A stretch of 64,000 nt of DNA from Microthyrium microscopicum (taxonomy: Eukaryota): positions 1,933,530 through 1,997,529 of the forward strand of contig MU004238.1 of assembly GCA_010405405.1 (NCBI GenBank), given 5' to 3'. This document shows, piece by piece, positions 1 to 11,275 of the stretch. The notes under the pieces were generated by a model, which worked only from the letters and a program-made list of their open reading frames with translations, ran no database searches and was not told the origin of the DNA. The number at the start of each line of letters is the position of its first letter. Position 1 is the first letter of the stretch. The position numbers were made by a program, and so were the translations under genes.

Positions 1-1
1 C

Positions 2-1192
2 CAAAGTGGTGACCCCATTGGTCCCAACCAACCCGGGAGCGACGGCGGCTCTAGCATCTGGGGACTGCTGAGAGATTCTGCACCGAAAACATTCACGGCC
101 GAGTTCCATAATAAGTTGAAGCATACAGAGCGTGGGACTGTGAGCATGGCGACCGCGCCTGCGCCGAGTGGTGACCCGGATGAGCGCGTTGCAGGGAGTC
201 AGTTCATCATCACGCTTGGCAATGACTTGGACTTTCTGGATGGCAAGTCTGCCATCTTTGGCAAAGTCGTCGAGGGATTCGAGGTGTTGGACAAGATCAA
301 CGATGCGTTCGTTGATGAGAAGGGTTGGCCCTTGAAAGATATCCGCATACGCCATAGCATTGTGCTGGACGACCCATACCCTGATCCAGACGGACTGGAT
401 GAACCCGAAAAGAGCCCAGTTCCCACAGCCGCCCAACTCGCCACTGTGAGAATTGCTGATGACGAAGAGCTAGAGGAAGAGACAGATCCCGAGGCACTGG
501 AAAAGATTCGTCGGGAAAGAGAGGCTCGAGCACAAGCATTAACGTTGGAGATGGTCGGCGACTTGCCTTTCGCTGAAGTCAAGCCACCAGAGAACATCCT
601 TTTTGTCTGCAAACTCAACCCAGTAACCGAGGATGAAGATCTAGAGCTTATTTTTTCTCGTTTCGGCAAGATTCTATCCTGTGAAGTCATTCGCGACAAG
701 AAAACGAGCGAAAGTCTGCAGTACGCCTTCATCGAATTCGACAATCAAAAGGACTGCGAACAAGCCTATTTCAAAATGCAAGATGTGCTCATTGACGATC
801 ATCGAATTCATGTCGACTTTTCACAATCGGTCAGCAAACTCAGCGATAATTGGCGAGATGGGGAGAATACAAAGCGGCGAAGGACTGGCGGTGGATGGGG
901 TGGCGTCGATAACCTCGAGAAGAAAAAACAATATCGTGCGGAGAATACTGAAGTCAAACGTAATGATGGTTACGGACTCTTGGTTGATAGATCTGGACAT
1001 AAGAAAAATCGCGAACGTAGTAGCAGTCCACGAGCGTCCAAGGATCGCGGGTACAACAGAGAGAGAAGCAAGGACCGTAGCAATGGCCGCGATGGGAGAA
1101 GCAGAAGCGATCACCATGACTCAGACAAACGAGATCGAAGAGATGATAGATACCGACATTATGATGATCGAGACAAGCATCGACGACGCTGA
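2..1192 (+). CDS. PPIL4: Cyclophilin-type PPIase with RRM and RD-rich tail (PPIL4/Cyp6/Rct1 family); 5' end lies upstream of the window
   Basis: The frame is open from base 2 (QSGDPIGP...GGSSIWG...[12 protein letters not shown]...GSQFIITL...FGKVVEG, cyclophilin fold). It continues into [22 protein letters not shown] (RRM RNP motifs) and an Arg/Asp-rich C-terminus. Confidence 0.93.
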   Translation, partial: QSGDPIGPNQPGSDGGSSIWGLLRDSAPKTFTAEFHNKLKHTERGTVSMATAPAPSGDPDERVAGSQFIITLGNDLDFLDGKSAIFGKVVEGFEVLDKINDAFVDEKGWPLKDIRIRHSIVLDDPYPDPDGLDEPEKSPVPTAAQLATVRIADDEELEEETDPEALEKIRREREARAQALTLEMVGDLPFAEVKPPENILFVCKLNPVTEDEDLELIFSRFGKILSCEVIRDKKTSESLQYAFIEFDNQKDCEQAYFKMQDVLIDDHRIHVDFSQSVSKLSDNWRDGENTKRRRTGGGWGGVDNLEKKKQYRAENTEVKRNDGYGLLVDRSGHKKNRERSSSPRASKDRGYNRERSKDRSNGRDGRSRSDHHDSDKRDRRDDRYRHYDDRDKHRRR

Positions 1193-1450
1193 ACGAACGA
1201 ATCCCACGCCTTGATCTCTGGCCTTGCTGAGATTAAATCATCGTATCCTCCGGCTTATGGGTAATCATGACTGCGTGTCTCGCCAGCCTGGCTTCGGAAT
1301 GAGCACGGTCTCGCCAGATGCCGGTCTTCGATCTTTGATTCTATAGGCGACCCTCCCTTTGGATGTCTGATGTCTGCCGACCACTATATCACCAGTGGTA
1401 AAGCATCCATGATTGCTTGATGTCGGAGAATACTTTGTGGGGGGGTACCG

Positions 1451-1560
1451 TAAGTCGACTGCACAAAGTCCTTGTCTCATGCACCAAGCACAATGAAAAG
1501 CATACTAAGTCGACTGTACAAAGTCCTTGTCTGGTGTACCAAGGACAATGAAAAGCGTAC
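1451..1560. repeat. Two-copy ~55 bp imperfect tandem duplication, intergenic
   Basis: 1451-1505 taagtcgactgcacaaagtccttgtctcatgcaccaagcacaatgaaaagcatac versus 1506-1560 taagtcgactgtacaaagtccttgtctggtgtaccaaggacaatgaaaagcgtac. Confidence 0.9.
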
Positions 1561-1802
1561 TGCACTAAGGCATTCAAAGGGTATATATTCAGAGGGTGCG
1601 CTGTGAATAAACTGAACAGCCTCATCAGTATACCCAAGTCTTTATATATAGATAATGTCATTGTTCCGTTATACTCTGAGCTGACTATTATTCCACTTAA
1701 TGAGTTCCACGGCCCTCAGCATCTCCTCAACATGTAAGCCTCCTTTATCATTACTTAAACCAATTACCACAGTCCATAGCCATATCACCCTACATATACA
1801 GA

Positions 1803-2651
1803 ATGGACACAATCATGTCGTCTGGAGCTAACCCCCCAGCTAACGCACCAACAGGTCCGCGCATCCTCATCGACGCCAAAGATCGGACCTTCCCATCTCT
1901 TCCACCAACCTCTGCTCTCGTGCCTGAAGGCGCACCCACGCTCAACTATGCCATGAACCTTCTGCGGCGGATGGACTCCTACGCCCCTTTCCACCTCCAG
2001 AGTGCATCCGTCCGTAAATGGCTTCGTGATCAAACTGCAGAGTCATTCTACGAATGGTTCTGGGACATGCGTCGGGTCATGCCAAGCGCTTTCTACAGCG
2101 ATGCGGCAGAAGAGCGTGTCCGCGTCACATTCTTTGCAAACTGGGAAGAAGATGTGCCGCCGCTTATCTGCTCGGTCATGACGCCTGGGCAAGTCATCGA
2201 ATATGAACCTCTGCCACAGATATATGATGAACCAACTCCCCCGTGTCCACCGGATGTACTGCTACCACAACTACTACCCGTTATAGAGCCCGTTACACCT
2301 CAAATCTCATACTATAGCGCAGAGCAAGCATTTGCTGATCCGCGCGGCTGTCTTGCAGCAGATCCACTACTGGCTTTCTGCGAGTGTCCTGAGCATCTGC
2401 TGATGATGATTGATGCGGAGGAAGCAAAAAGTGAATTAGCGTACATGTGGACAGAGATGCGCTACTTGCTAGTTTGGCGGGTTGCGGAACGAGTGATGAT
2501 GGTAGTTTTGTGCTTGAGCCTGAAAGATATAAGACCGTCGCGCGATGAGGTCAAGGACTTTTTCAGTGAAGCCCAGTTGAAGAGTTTGTTACGAATGGTG
2601 GACGAGTTCTTCTCTGAGCGACGGCGTCTGTTGCCGCTCGGTATGTTCTAG
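1803..2651 (+). CDS. Hypothetical protein (282 aa, Pro-rich middle), no recognised domain
   Basis: ATG-initiated intronless 849-nt ORF with protein-like composition and a TATA-like tatatata about 150 nt upstream. Confidence 0.6.
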   Translation: MDTIMSSGANPPANAPTGPRILIDAKDRTFPSLPPTSALVPEGAPTLNYAMNLLRRMDSYAPFHLQSASVRKWLRDQTAESFYEWFWDMRRVMPSAFYSDAAEERVRVTFFANWEEDVPPLICSVMTPGQVIEYEPLPQIYDEPTPPCPPDVLLPQLLPVIEPVTPQISYYSAEQAFADPRGCLAADPLLAFCECPEHLLMMIDAEEAKSELAYMWTEMRYLLVWRVAERVMMVVLCLSLKDIRPSRDEVKDFFSEAQLKSLLRMVDEFFSERRRLLPLGMF

Positions 2652-2906
2652 TCTTGCCTTTCGGAGATGTTGTCAGTCAAAATCGTATGGGCGCTATGTT
2701 ATTCTCTCGCGGACAGTAGTTCGGTTGAATATTGCCACAGATAGTAGTCGAGCAATGAAATCAATATACAAATTAAGGGTCCTCTTGTTGTGAAGGGAAA
2801 TAGAGGTTCAGAGACGTGGAAAGAATCTGAGTCAGAGCCTGAAGTCATTCATTAATATCCAGCAGAGTTTTGCCTATGAATTGAGGAAGATCATATGTTA
2901 TTTACC

Positions 2907-4298
2907 CTAGTCCAATGGCTCTCTCTTGACATCTCCATACCGTCTCCTCGTCGGACTATCCCCATCACTCCCACTGCTCACTGCCCCAGAACTCATACTA
3001 CTTAGATTACTCGCTCTTGTCTGCAGTGTTGCAGTAGGAGTCGTAGGCCGCCCCTGACCTGCCGGCGTCAACTTCATCCGCCCACCAGCCACAAGAGAGT
3101 TTCGGCGTCCATCATCTGTCGTCAGCGTACTAGTAGCTTTTCGACGACGCCGTTGATCGCCTCCTACACTGCTGGTATTGCTTGTCGTACTCCACCGCCG
3201 TTCGCGCTCATCCGTCATTGGCTGCTCAGGAGCCCCAGGCCCGACTGACGATCGTGACGAGCTGCGACTGTGCGATCCCTCTCGCTCTTTGAGAACTGAT
3301 GTGGCGCGTTTGTGCCTTGCGCTGCCTGCACGCGTTATGTCGGTCTCAGGAGTCCGGCGTGAGACGGTCGAGTGCGTGTTCATGGTCGAGTTTGCAGTAA
3401 GCGCGAGTTGTCGACCGGGGAGCCACCAGAGCCATGGACTTTGCTGTTTCGCTTCTGCATGCTGTTTGGCGCGGAATCGGCGACGGAGGTCTGTTCGACG
3501 CCTATTTTCGGCATCCCAGTATTCAGCGCGGTAAAGCTCCCAGTTCTCACGAAACTCGGGTGTAAAGTGTTTGGGAAGAAGGAGGATCTTGATATAGTCT
3601 CCACCCGGAGCAATATCCTCCTCTGCTAGCTCTTTGCCATGACGATGGGACCGCGAAGTAGACTGGGGAGCTTTGCGGTCAGCGCTATATTCGATGAACT
3701 GGTAGTTGGAACCTGGTGTTTCAACAAGGCTGCTAAGAGGAAACAAGAAGCTAAGGTGCGAGAGCATATCCCGCCACCAAGGCCCTTTAAGTATGACCAC
3801 CTTGCAGTTCATGCCGCGGAGACCGCGGTTCGTTGTGCGCAGCCATTTCGCAGGCCAGCGTACACCTCTTTCCCACTGCCCGGTGAGCTTGAAGAGAAGA
3901 CCCATGACAACGCCTGAAAGGAGGGCGACTTTTTCTATAATGTCGACCAACCAATACTCGCTGCCGCCCACGCCCGTCCCGTCGGCGCGGGGTCTTAGAA
4001 ACTGGCACCATATGAAGTATACGGTCCATACGGCGAGGATTATGAGAACAAATGTATTTTGTCGGCGGCGCGCGCGCAGGGTGAGGTATTGCGAGCGCAA
4101 TGAAGCTTCGAGTATTAAGAGATTTAGGTATATTTGAGGCGGTGAGGAGGGCAGGAGCGAGGTTGGGTCGGAGGGCGCGGGTGATGGGGAGCCCCGATGA
4201 TCAGGAGTATTGGCTGAAGCGGCGGCGGCGACAGAGGGAAGACTGACATTTGGTGGAGGAGAACCTTTCACCAACTGGTCCAGGCCTGGATCGTCCAT
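2907..4298 (-). CDS. SPO7: Spo7-like regulatory subunit of the Nem1-Spo7 phosphatase
   Basis: SSPPQIYLNLLILEASLRSQYLTLRARRRQNTF, two TM segments, and KILLLPKHFTPEFRENWELYRAEYW, typical of ascomycete Spo7. Confidence 0.85.
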   Translation of the reverse strand: MDDPGLDQLVKGSPPPNVSLPSVAAAASANTPDHRGSPSPAPSDPTSLLPSSPPQIYLNLLILEASLRSQYLTLRARRRQNTFVLIILAVWTVYFIWCQFLRPRADGTGVGGSEYWLVDIIEKVALLSGVVMGLLFKLTGQWERGVRWPAKWLRTTNRGLRGMNCKVVILKGPWWRDMLSHLSFLFPLSSLVETPGSNYQFIEYSADRKAPQSTSRSHRHGKELAEEDIAPGGDYIKILLLPKHFTPEFRENWELYRAEYWDAENRRRTDLRRRFRAKQHAEAKQQSPWLWWLPGRQLALTANSTMNTHSTVSRRTPETDITRAGSARHKRATSVLKEREGSHSRSSSRSSVGPGAPEQPMTDERERRWSTTSNTSSVGGDQRRRRKATSTLTTDDGRRNSLVAGGRMKLTPAGQGRPTTPTATLQTRASNLSSMSSGAVSSGSDGDSPTRRRYGDVKREPLD

Positions 4299-4971
4299 GA
4301 GAGCAGCTGTTGTGGTGTTGTACTTGTCAAGCTTTGGCGCATGTCGTGTGAGTTGGGTGGTTAACTAAGCGCAGAGTCAAGATTTGGCGAGCTAGATACT
4401 GTCATTCCAGTCATCTGTAACAATTGGCCATGGACGTCAGAAGCGGATTGTAGAACTGCTTTGGTGGATTGGGTTGTGTTGCCAATTGGATCTTGGTTCT
4501 TCACAGAGTGAGATCAAGATCAAAATGTCCATTCGGCTTGACCGGGGTAGTGATGGCCCGATTCCCGATTCCGATTGAGTGGAGTCGACTTGCCGACTTT
4601 AGCGTGGCCGGGTTTAACCGCTCGGCGCCGGGATTTAACTCCTTGAAGTTTCAATGATGATGAGCAAATGACTTTGAATTTCACGACAGCGAAGTCCATG
4701 CTGAACTTTAGCATTCCTTTTTCTTTCCATAATCTACATCCTCTAGGCTGCCGTATTCTGGCCTATTTAAGTTTCCCATACGGATTTCTGTTCCTGGAGT
4801 GGTTGTTTCCGCTTCATACATCCACCCGCCAGCAAGCTGTTCATCCCTAGGCTGCCGTTATCGAGGCACTCATTGCTCAAAACCTCCCCTGCCCGTACTC
4901 CTCTAGCGGTACATTCACGCCCTCAACCACAGCGTCGAGTGCTCCCAGTACTTTTACAGCACTACGCCACA

Positions 4972-6583
4972 ATGACCTCCAGCGAATCGAATCAGCAAAG
5001 CCCATTGGCATCGCAACGCGAACAAGCCAACTCTCAAAGTCGAGCCTATTTCCCTCTCGGATACAAAGAGGCCTTCGGTCAATGGGTCAGTCGCAATCAG
5101 CTAATGGGTGTCAAATTATAAACAGCTAACATGAGGTAGTGGGCTGGCGTTTCGCCTGCCGAAACAGAGCATAAAGTACTCTCCTTTGTTCCCCGCCTGC
5201 AACGTCCCGATCTCGATATCAAAGACTCAAAATGTCGCAATAGAGAAGGCGTCAAATCCGATACAGATTCCATAGCATCAGCCGCATCAACAGATGACCC
5301 CTTCGGCGCGCGGAAATGGTTCATCAATCTTGTCAAACTATCGGGCAAAGATCGTGCCCTCAATGAGTTTAGCGTCGAACGAGTTGGAGAGCAGGTCGAT
5401 AATGATTTGGTGATGCTTCACGGATACGGAGCTGGACTGGGCTTTTTCTACAAGAATTTTGAGGCTCTATCGCGTTTGGTAGGCTGGAAAGTTTATGCTC
5501 TTGATCTTCTGGGTATGGGCAGAAGTTCAAGACCCAGTTTCAAAATCCACGCCAAAGACCATGAAGGAAAAATAAGAGAGGCTGAAAATTGGTTCATTGA
5601 TGCGCTTGAAGAATGGCGGATAAAAAGAAACATTGAGAAATTTACCCTTCTCGGTCACAGCATGGGTGGTTACATGGCCGTGGCATATGCTCTGAAGTAC
5701 CCAGGAAGATTAAAGAAGCTCATTCTCGTATCGCCTGTCGGTATTCCCGAAGATCCATACGCCGTCAAAGCCGAACTTCCCAATCCAGATACATCGACTA
5801 TGCAAGCCGAAGCTCTCCAAGATCAAGAGTCCATCGCCAATGGAGAAGAAGCACCAGCTCCAAGAAGGAGGATACCCAAGTGGGTAGAATATCTCTGGGA
5901 TGCCAACGTTTCTCCTTTCTCCGTCGTCCGTCTAGTTGGACCCCTTGGACCCTCCTTAGTGTCTGGCTGGACCACCCGCCGTTTCTCACATTTGCCACCA
6001 AAAGAAGCTCAAGCCCTCCACGACTACTCCTATAGCCTCTTCAGACAACGAGGAAGCGGCGAATACGCTTTGGCCTATATCCTCGCTCCAGGTGCCTTTG
6101 CTAGAAGCCCTCTGATCCATCGGATTCAAGGAGTTGGGCGACAAGTTCTGGCTCCCCATGCCGCACCGACCGTTGATGACGTCGCGTCACAAGCGTCTGC
6201 TGCACGAGAAAGCGGCATTCCGGTGGTGATGATGTATGGCGATCATGATTGGATGGATGTAGATGGTGGACGCAACGCCGAACGTAAGATTCTAGAAGAG
6301 AAATCGAAAGCATTAGAAGGGAAAAGCGCAGACGAGTGGAAGAAAGATCAAGGGTACGTACTTCTCAAGGTTCGTAAAGACTTTTGTTATACTAACATGT
6401 GACAGTGATGCCAAGGTTGTGATTGTTAAGAATGCTGGTCATCATTTATATCTCGATGGGTAAGTACTTTACATTGACTACTTGGTTTCAATTCTGACAG
6501 ATTTTAGTTACGATGAGTTCAACGAAATCATGATTGATGAGCTCAAAGACGTTGAAAAGCGAGAACGCGCTTCTCGATCGTAG
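4972..6583 (+). CDS. Alpha/beta hydrolase of the Cld1/Ict1/ABHD4-5 family; 4 exons (introns 5086-5139, 6354-6405, 6460-6507)
   Basis: HGYGAGLGFFYKNF, DLLGMGRSSRP and GHSMGG nucleophile elbow; the spliced C-terminus gives NAGHHLYLDG (HX4D). GT..AG introns with branch sites keep the frame. Confidence 0.88.
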
Positions 6584-7188
6584 AACATGGATCTCTTTGT
6601 GCTACTTATGTCCGCGACGATATCCCATAGATTTTATCATAGACTTTAGCGCAACTTAGAAGTATTTAACTCAAGCTTTTAATCTTTCCGCATCAGGTGT
6701 GAGAATCTCTTTGAGCCATTGGAGCAATGCAATGTTTGAGAACAATGCCTCGAGGCTTGGACAAAGAAACACATTATCATATGGTTGAGGACAAATTGTT
6801 TGAGCACCTCCATTGTATTGGATTTTCTGAGCGCGTGCCCTCTATGGCTGAAAATGGTTGTGAAAGCATTGTTTCTGTATAGTAAGTAGTATGGTCTTTC
6901 AAGTTGCAAAGTAACTATCACTTGACAAGTTCGTAATGTATTCATCGAATGGAACTAGTATAATCACATACATCAGAACTAGTGGTTCAAAGATATTCTC
7001 GCAGGGAAAGCACATCAACTGATGTCTTCGAAGTTCATTTAACAAGCAGATTGTTCTGAATGTCATACATGCCTCGATATGTCAACTCTCGAGATGTCTG
7101 ATATTTATAGTACACTCTCACAACATCGGAAGGCATGTCCGTCAAAACATACTAGATACGCTGACAGAGAAAGTTGCACCTCACTGTA

Positions 7189-7869
7189 ATGTCAGCATAT
7201 CCAACCTCCAGCTGGAACCCCAGCTATCCAACCTGGAACCCCAGATTCTTGGACTGGAATTCAAGAGCATTCAGAGGATACGCAAAATGGTGTTTGCGCT
7301 ACCTAAGATTTGGGGGCAAATACCTGAAATCGAGCAGCAAATATATCAACGTCACCGCCGAATTCCACTCCGCACCACCAAAGTTGGACATGACAATTTC
7401 CGTTCCCTGCGTCGACAGGTGGCTCGGGAGATTGGGTTTCCACGGTATCTTGCAACTTCACTTCCTTGCGAAGCTTACAGGATTTCTCCTTGAACTGGCT
7501 CTAGTTTCTAAGGGTATGATGGGTGGCTTCGGTGGTGGTAGTCCAATTTGGACTCGCAGGATTTGGGGTGTAGGTTCTGTTAAGGATCCCATGGGACCAT
7601 TCCCAGGTATGCCATTTCCAGGTGGGGAACCACCCGATGACGAGAATGGTGATGATGATGACAGCGATGGAGGTAGCGGGTCATCTTCGTCTGGTTCATC
7701 TTCGTCTGGCTACCGGAGACGGCGCCGTTTCGATCCAGATGATGTTGAGTTAGGTCTCACGAATATGGACCGCGAGGAGGCAAGCATCTACATGCCTTTG
7801 CTTCTGGCTGGCCAAGAGGCTATGAGGCAGCGCTACTATCAGACAGATCTAAGCAGAAAAGATTATTAG
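7189..7869 (+). CDS. Hypothetical protein with N-terminal YPT-WN repeats and an acidic/Ser-rich low-complexity region
   Basis: First ATG at 7189 within the 7174-7869 frame; protein-like composition; no recognised domain. Confidence 0.5.
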   Translation: MSAYPTSSWNPSYPTWNPRFLDWNSRAFRGYAKWCLRYLRFGGKYLKSSSKYINVTAEFHSAPPKLDMTISVPCVDRWLGRLGFHGILQLHFLAKLTGFLLELALVSKGMMGGFGGGSPIWTRRIWGVGSVKDPMGPFPGMPFPGGEPPDDENGDDDDSDGGSGSSSSGSSSSGYRRRRRFDPDDVELGLTNMDREEASIYMPLLLAGQEAMRQRYYQTDLSRKDY

Positions 7870-8714
7870 ACATCTCAATTTTGGCCTCTGGGCCGCATAT
7901 TTAATATTCAATTCAATCCAGTTACTTTCTGTACCAAAGATCTTTGTGCATTTTTACTTACCAGTCATATCCCATTCCGCCATACTCTATTAATAATAAC
8001 ATATTAAAAACCTTCCATTATCACAATCTACTAGGATTATATACCTTATTAAATACGTCTACAGAACAAAGTAATTATTGAAAGCTATACCGCAATTGTC
8101 AATGAGTGTCTAGCATACAATGAGTCTTGTGAGTGTATTGATTGATATCGATATTTACAATGGTACATTATAAATATTAAAATAACATCTGTCCACATAG
8201 TTGTAAAATGATAGATTATCTTTACAGCAATGAGCGCCTATTCTGGGATTCAGGGGTACACAACAAAAACTCACCAATCAGCGAGCGTAGCAAAAGCGTT
8301 GTTGTTATTTTGAGATAAACCCCTTTTCAGCCTCAGTCGAGACAGTTTGCCAAAATAGTACACTAGCAAAGTATTAACCAGCAGACGCACTGGATATGCG
8401 GAGCAATGCGTGATTCATAGGTTTAGGTAAATCTATTTATATTGGTTTAGAGCATTTTCTGTTGGAAGGCTTTGTTTCCAGAGTATTACCACCAAAGCCG
8501 TGTGCCCTACAAAGCAGTTCTTTCGACCTAAAATTTCACCATCATTATTGGCTGCTATGCTATATTAATTTGTCAATGACCTTGCCCAGATTGGCCGGGT
8601 TACTATAGCTCAGAAACATCACCGCACGGTCATTTCTCTATATGAACCACCACATCACCTTTACTTCAGCAAAGGTTCCCAACAACAATGGGCTGAACAT
8701 ATCAAGATCTGTCA

Positions 8715-10892
8715 ATGTCTTGGCTAGCTTGGTATGTTGGAGCGCTTTGGCTTGTCCTGACAGCGCCATGCTTCGCAGCTATTGATCGGCTCCAGGTGGT
8801 TGATAAGTTTAACCCGCAACGAAATAGTACTGCCAATAAGACTGATTGGGAGACTCCACTCCAAGTTGGCAACGGTAACTTCGCATTCAATGCCGATATC
8901 ACTGGATTACAGACAATTAAGCCATTCAATACTTTGAGTGTATGGGGTTGGCATAATTCGACACCACCACCAACGGATATTATTCTGCAAAGGAGTAAGG
9001 ACGAAGAAGTGCAACTTCAAGACTGTTTCTGGTTACATGAAACAGTATGGACACCACCAGCAAATAGAACTTCATGGCCTGAGGCAGAACCGCCTACTCC
9101 ATTGTCTGATCCAGAACCCGAAAAGATAACGTACTCAGAATGGCAAAGAAGGAATCCTCATCGTATCAATCTGGGAAGAGTTGGACTTCTTTATAACGGC
9201 AAAGAAATCGCAGCACAGGACATATCGGAAACCAAACAGCGTCTGAATCTTTCATCTGGAGTTATAGCTTCGGCTTTTACCCTTGACAACAGTTCTGTCG
9301 AAGTTGAAACTATGGCATCACCAAGTCTCGATGCACTCGCGTTCCGGATTCAAGCAGAGTCCCTAGAACCGGGCAATCTGTCGGTCTTCCTAGATTTCCC
9401 ATATCCCGTGACCAACAAGAAGTTCGAAGCACCGTATATGGGGAACTACCGGGTTCCTGATAAGCACACTACCACTATAAAACAATGGTCAAGTCGAGCA
9501 GAACTCAAACGACAAATTGACGGTACGACATATTTCGTCAATGTTGCCTGGGATACTGGAACCCCAAACACCAAAATCAGAAGAGTGTCAGGCTCTCATC
9601 GATTCATGTTCAATACAACGTCAGCCACACAGGTCAACTTTGTGGTTCACTACAGTCGTTCTTCCCCTGGCTTCACTCCTGGATTTGAGGCAATCAAACG
9701 TGACTCCAAATGGTTTTGGCAGAATTATTGGAAAGATGGTGCATTCATCGACTGCACTTCTACGGCAGATCCCAAAGCTCAGGAGCTCCAGCGGCGTATT
9801 ATTCAGTCACAATATCTTCTTGCTGTAAACTCTGCTGGTACTGATCCGCCCCAGGAATCTGGACTGGTCAATAATGGTTGGTACGGAAAGTTTCACATGG
9901 AGATGGTTTTCTGGCACCTAGCACATTGGGAACGATGGGGCAAGTGGGAACGACTTGGAACAGTGATACCATCCATCTACAATCGCTTCTTAAATTCTAG
10001 TGTTGTTCGCGCAACTTCACAAGGCTACGAAGGTGCACGCTGGGGAAAGATGAGCGACTCCGAGGGCGTCTCATCTCCTGGGGAGGTCAACTCTCTTCTA
10101 ATCTGGCAGCAACCACATCCCTTTTACTTTGCGGAACTCGAATACAGCGTTTTCCCTACGCAACATACACTCCAGAAATGGCACCCCATCCTTGAAGCTA
10201 CCTCCCGTTTCATGGTTTCTTTCCCGCGTTACAACTCCGAGACTAAAGTCTACGATCTAGCACCACCAATACACATTGTCAGCGAAAACACCCGTCCTAA
10301 CATGACCAAAAATCCTACGTTTGAGCTCGCCTACTGGCGTTTCGGGCTACAGACTATGTCCTCCTGGTACACACGCCAGTCAATTCCTGTCCCATCGAAA
10401 CTCACCGAAGTTTACGAAAATCTCGCCCCATTCCCTCACGCCAACGGCACATATATCCACTCCGAAAATCTCGCCGGAATGTGGACTGATCCGCGCCTGA
10501 CATCGAACCATCCGGCTCTGGCTGGTATCTTCGGCATGCTTCCACCAGATCCACGCCTGAACTATACCCTCTTCACATCTACAATGGCACATATCTACGA
10601 GCGCTGGAACTTTACCGGCGCGTATGGTTGGGATTACGCACTACTCGCCATGACTGCGGTCCGAATGGGTGACAGCCAGCGAGCTGTTGATCTCCTGTTA
10701 GACATGGGTATGGATGATGCTGGATATCCAGCCGGAGGTGGTCGAAGTGGTGTGCCTGCGCCATATTTCCCGAGTAGTGGCGGATTGTTACTGGCAAGTG
10801 CCATGTTGGCAGGTGGGTGGCGGGAGCTGGGCGGCAGACACTGGCCCAAGGGATGGACTTGCGAAGCAGAGGGTTTCGGGCCTGGAATTTAA
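8715..10892 (+). CDS. Secreted six-hairpin glycosidase-like protein (GH65/GH95-like fold), intronless
   Basis: Signal peptide MSWLAWYVGALWLVLTAPCFA; motifs LQVGNGNFAFNADITGLQT, ELQRRIIQSQYL, PPQESGLVNNGWYGKFHMEM, LLIWQQPHP, NPTFELAYW, GWD; many N-glycosylation sequons. Confidence 0.8.
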   Translation: MSWLAWYVGALWLVLTAPCFAAIDRLQVVDKFNPQRNSTANKTDWETPLQVGNGNFAFNADITGLQTIKPFNTLSVWGWHNSTPPPTDIILQRSKDEEVQLQDCFWLHETVWTPPANRTSWPEAEPPTPLSDPEPEKITYSEWQRRNPHRINLGRVGLLYNGKEIAAQDISETKQRLNLSSGVIASAFTLDNSSVEVETMASPSLDALAFRIQAESLEPGNLSVFLDFPYPVTNKKFEAPYMGNYRVPDKHTTTIKQWSSRAELKRQIDGTTYFVNVAWDTGTPNTKIRRVSGSHRFMFNTTSATQVNFVVHYSRSSPGFTPGFEAIKRDSKWFWQNYWKDGAFIDCTSTADPKAQELQRRIIQSQYLLAVNSAGTDPPQESGLVNNGWYGKFHMEMVFWHLAHWERWGKWERLGTVIPSIYNRFLNSSVVRATSQGYEGARWGKMSDSEGVSSPGEVNSLLIWQQPHPFYFAELEYSVFPTQHTLQKWHPILEATSRFMVSFPRYNSETKVYDLAPPIHIVSENTRPNMTKNPTFELAYWRFGLQTMSSWYTRQSIPVPSKLTEVYENLAPFPHANGTYIHSENLAGMWTDPRLTSNHPALAGIFGMLPPDPRLNYTLFTSTMAHIYERWNFTGAYGWDYALLAMTAVRMGDSQRAVDLLLDMGMDDAGYPAGGGRSGVPAPYFPSSGGLLLASAMLAGGWRELGGRHWPKGWTCEAEGFGPGI

Positions 10893-11275
10893 AATTGTTG
10901 GGGACAATCAACTAGAGTAGGGGTTATAAGGCAGCGACTTCGTAACTATGAGTAAATTTTATTTTCGGTATATAGCAATCTCTAAACGTCAATCATACAT
11001 ATAGGAGTAATACTTCGTCAACATGTCTCATGTGCTTTGTCGTTGTTCAGATGTGATACTCTAATCGTTGATATTTGCGAGAATTCGTTCAAGGGTTGAC
11101 ATCATTTCCCTTTCGTTAAAGAGCATAAAGGACAGCTTTTTGTATGCGTGCCTCCATTGGCACCATTGTTTTTCAATTTTCTACTTTCTACATGATATCA
11201 TATCTTTCAAGCGTCCCAATGCATTGCGAATGTACCACAACACTCAAATGGCTGCTAGTCTGTTCTAAGATTAGG

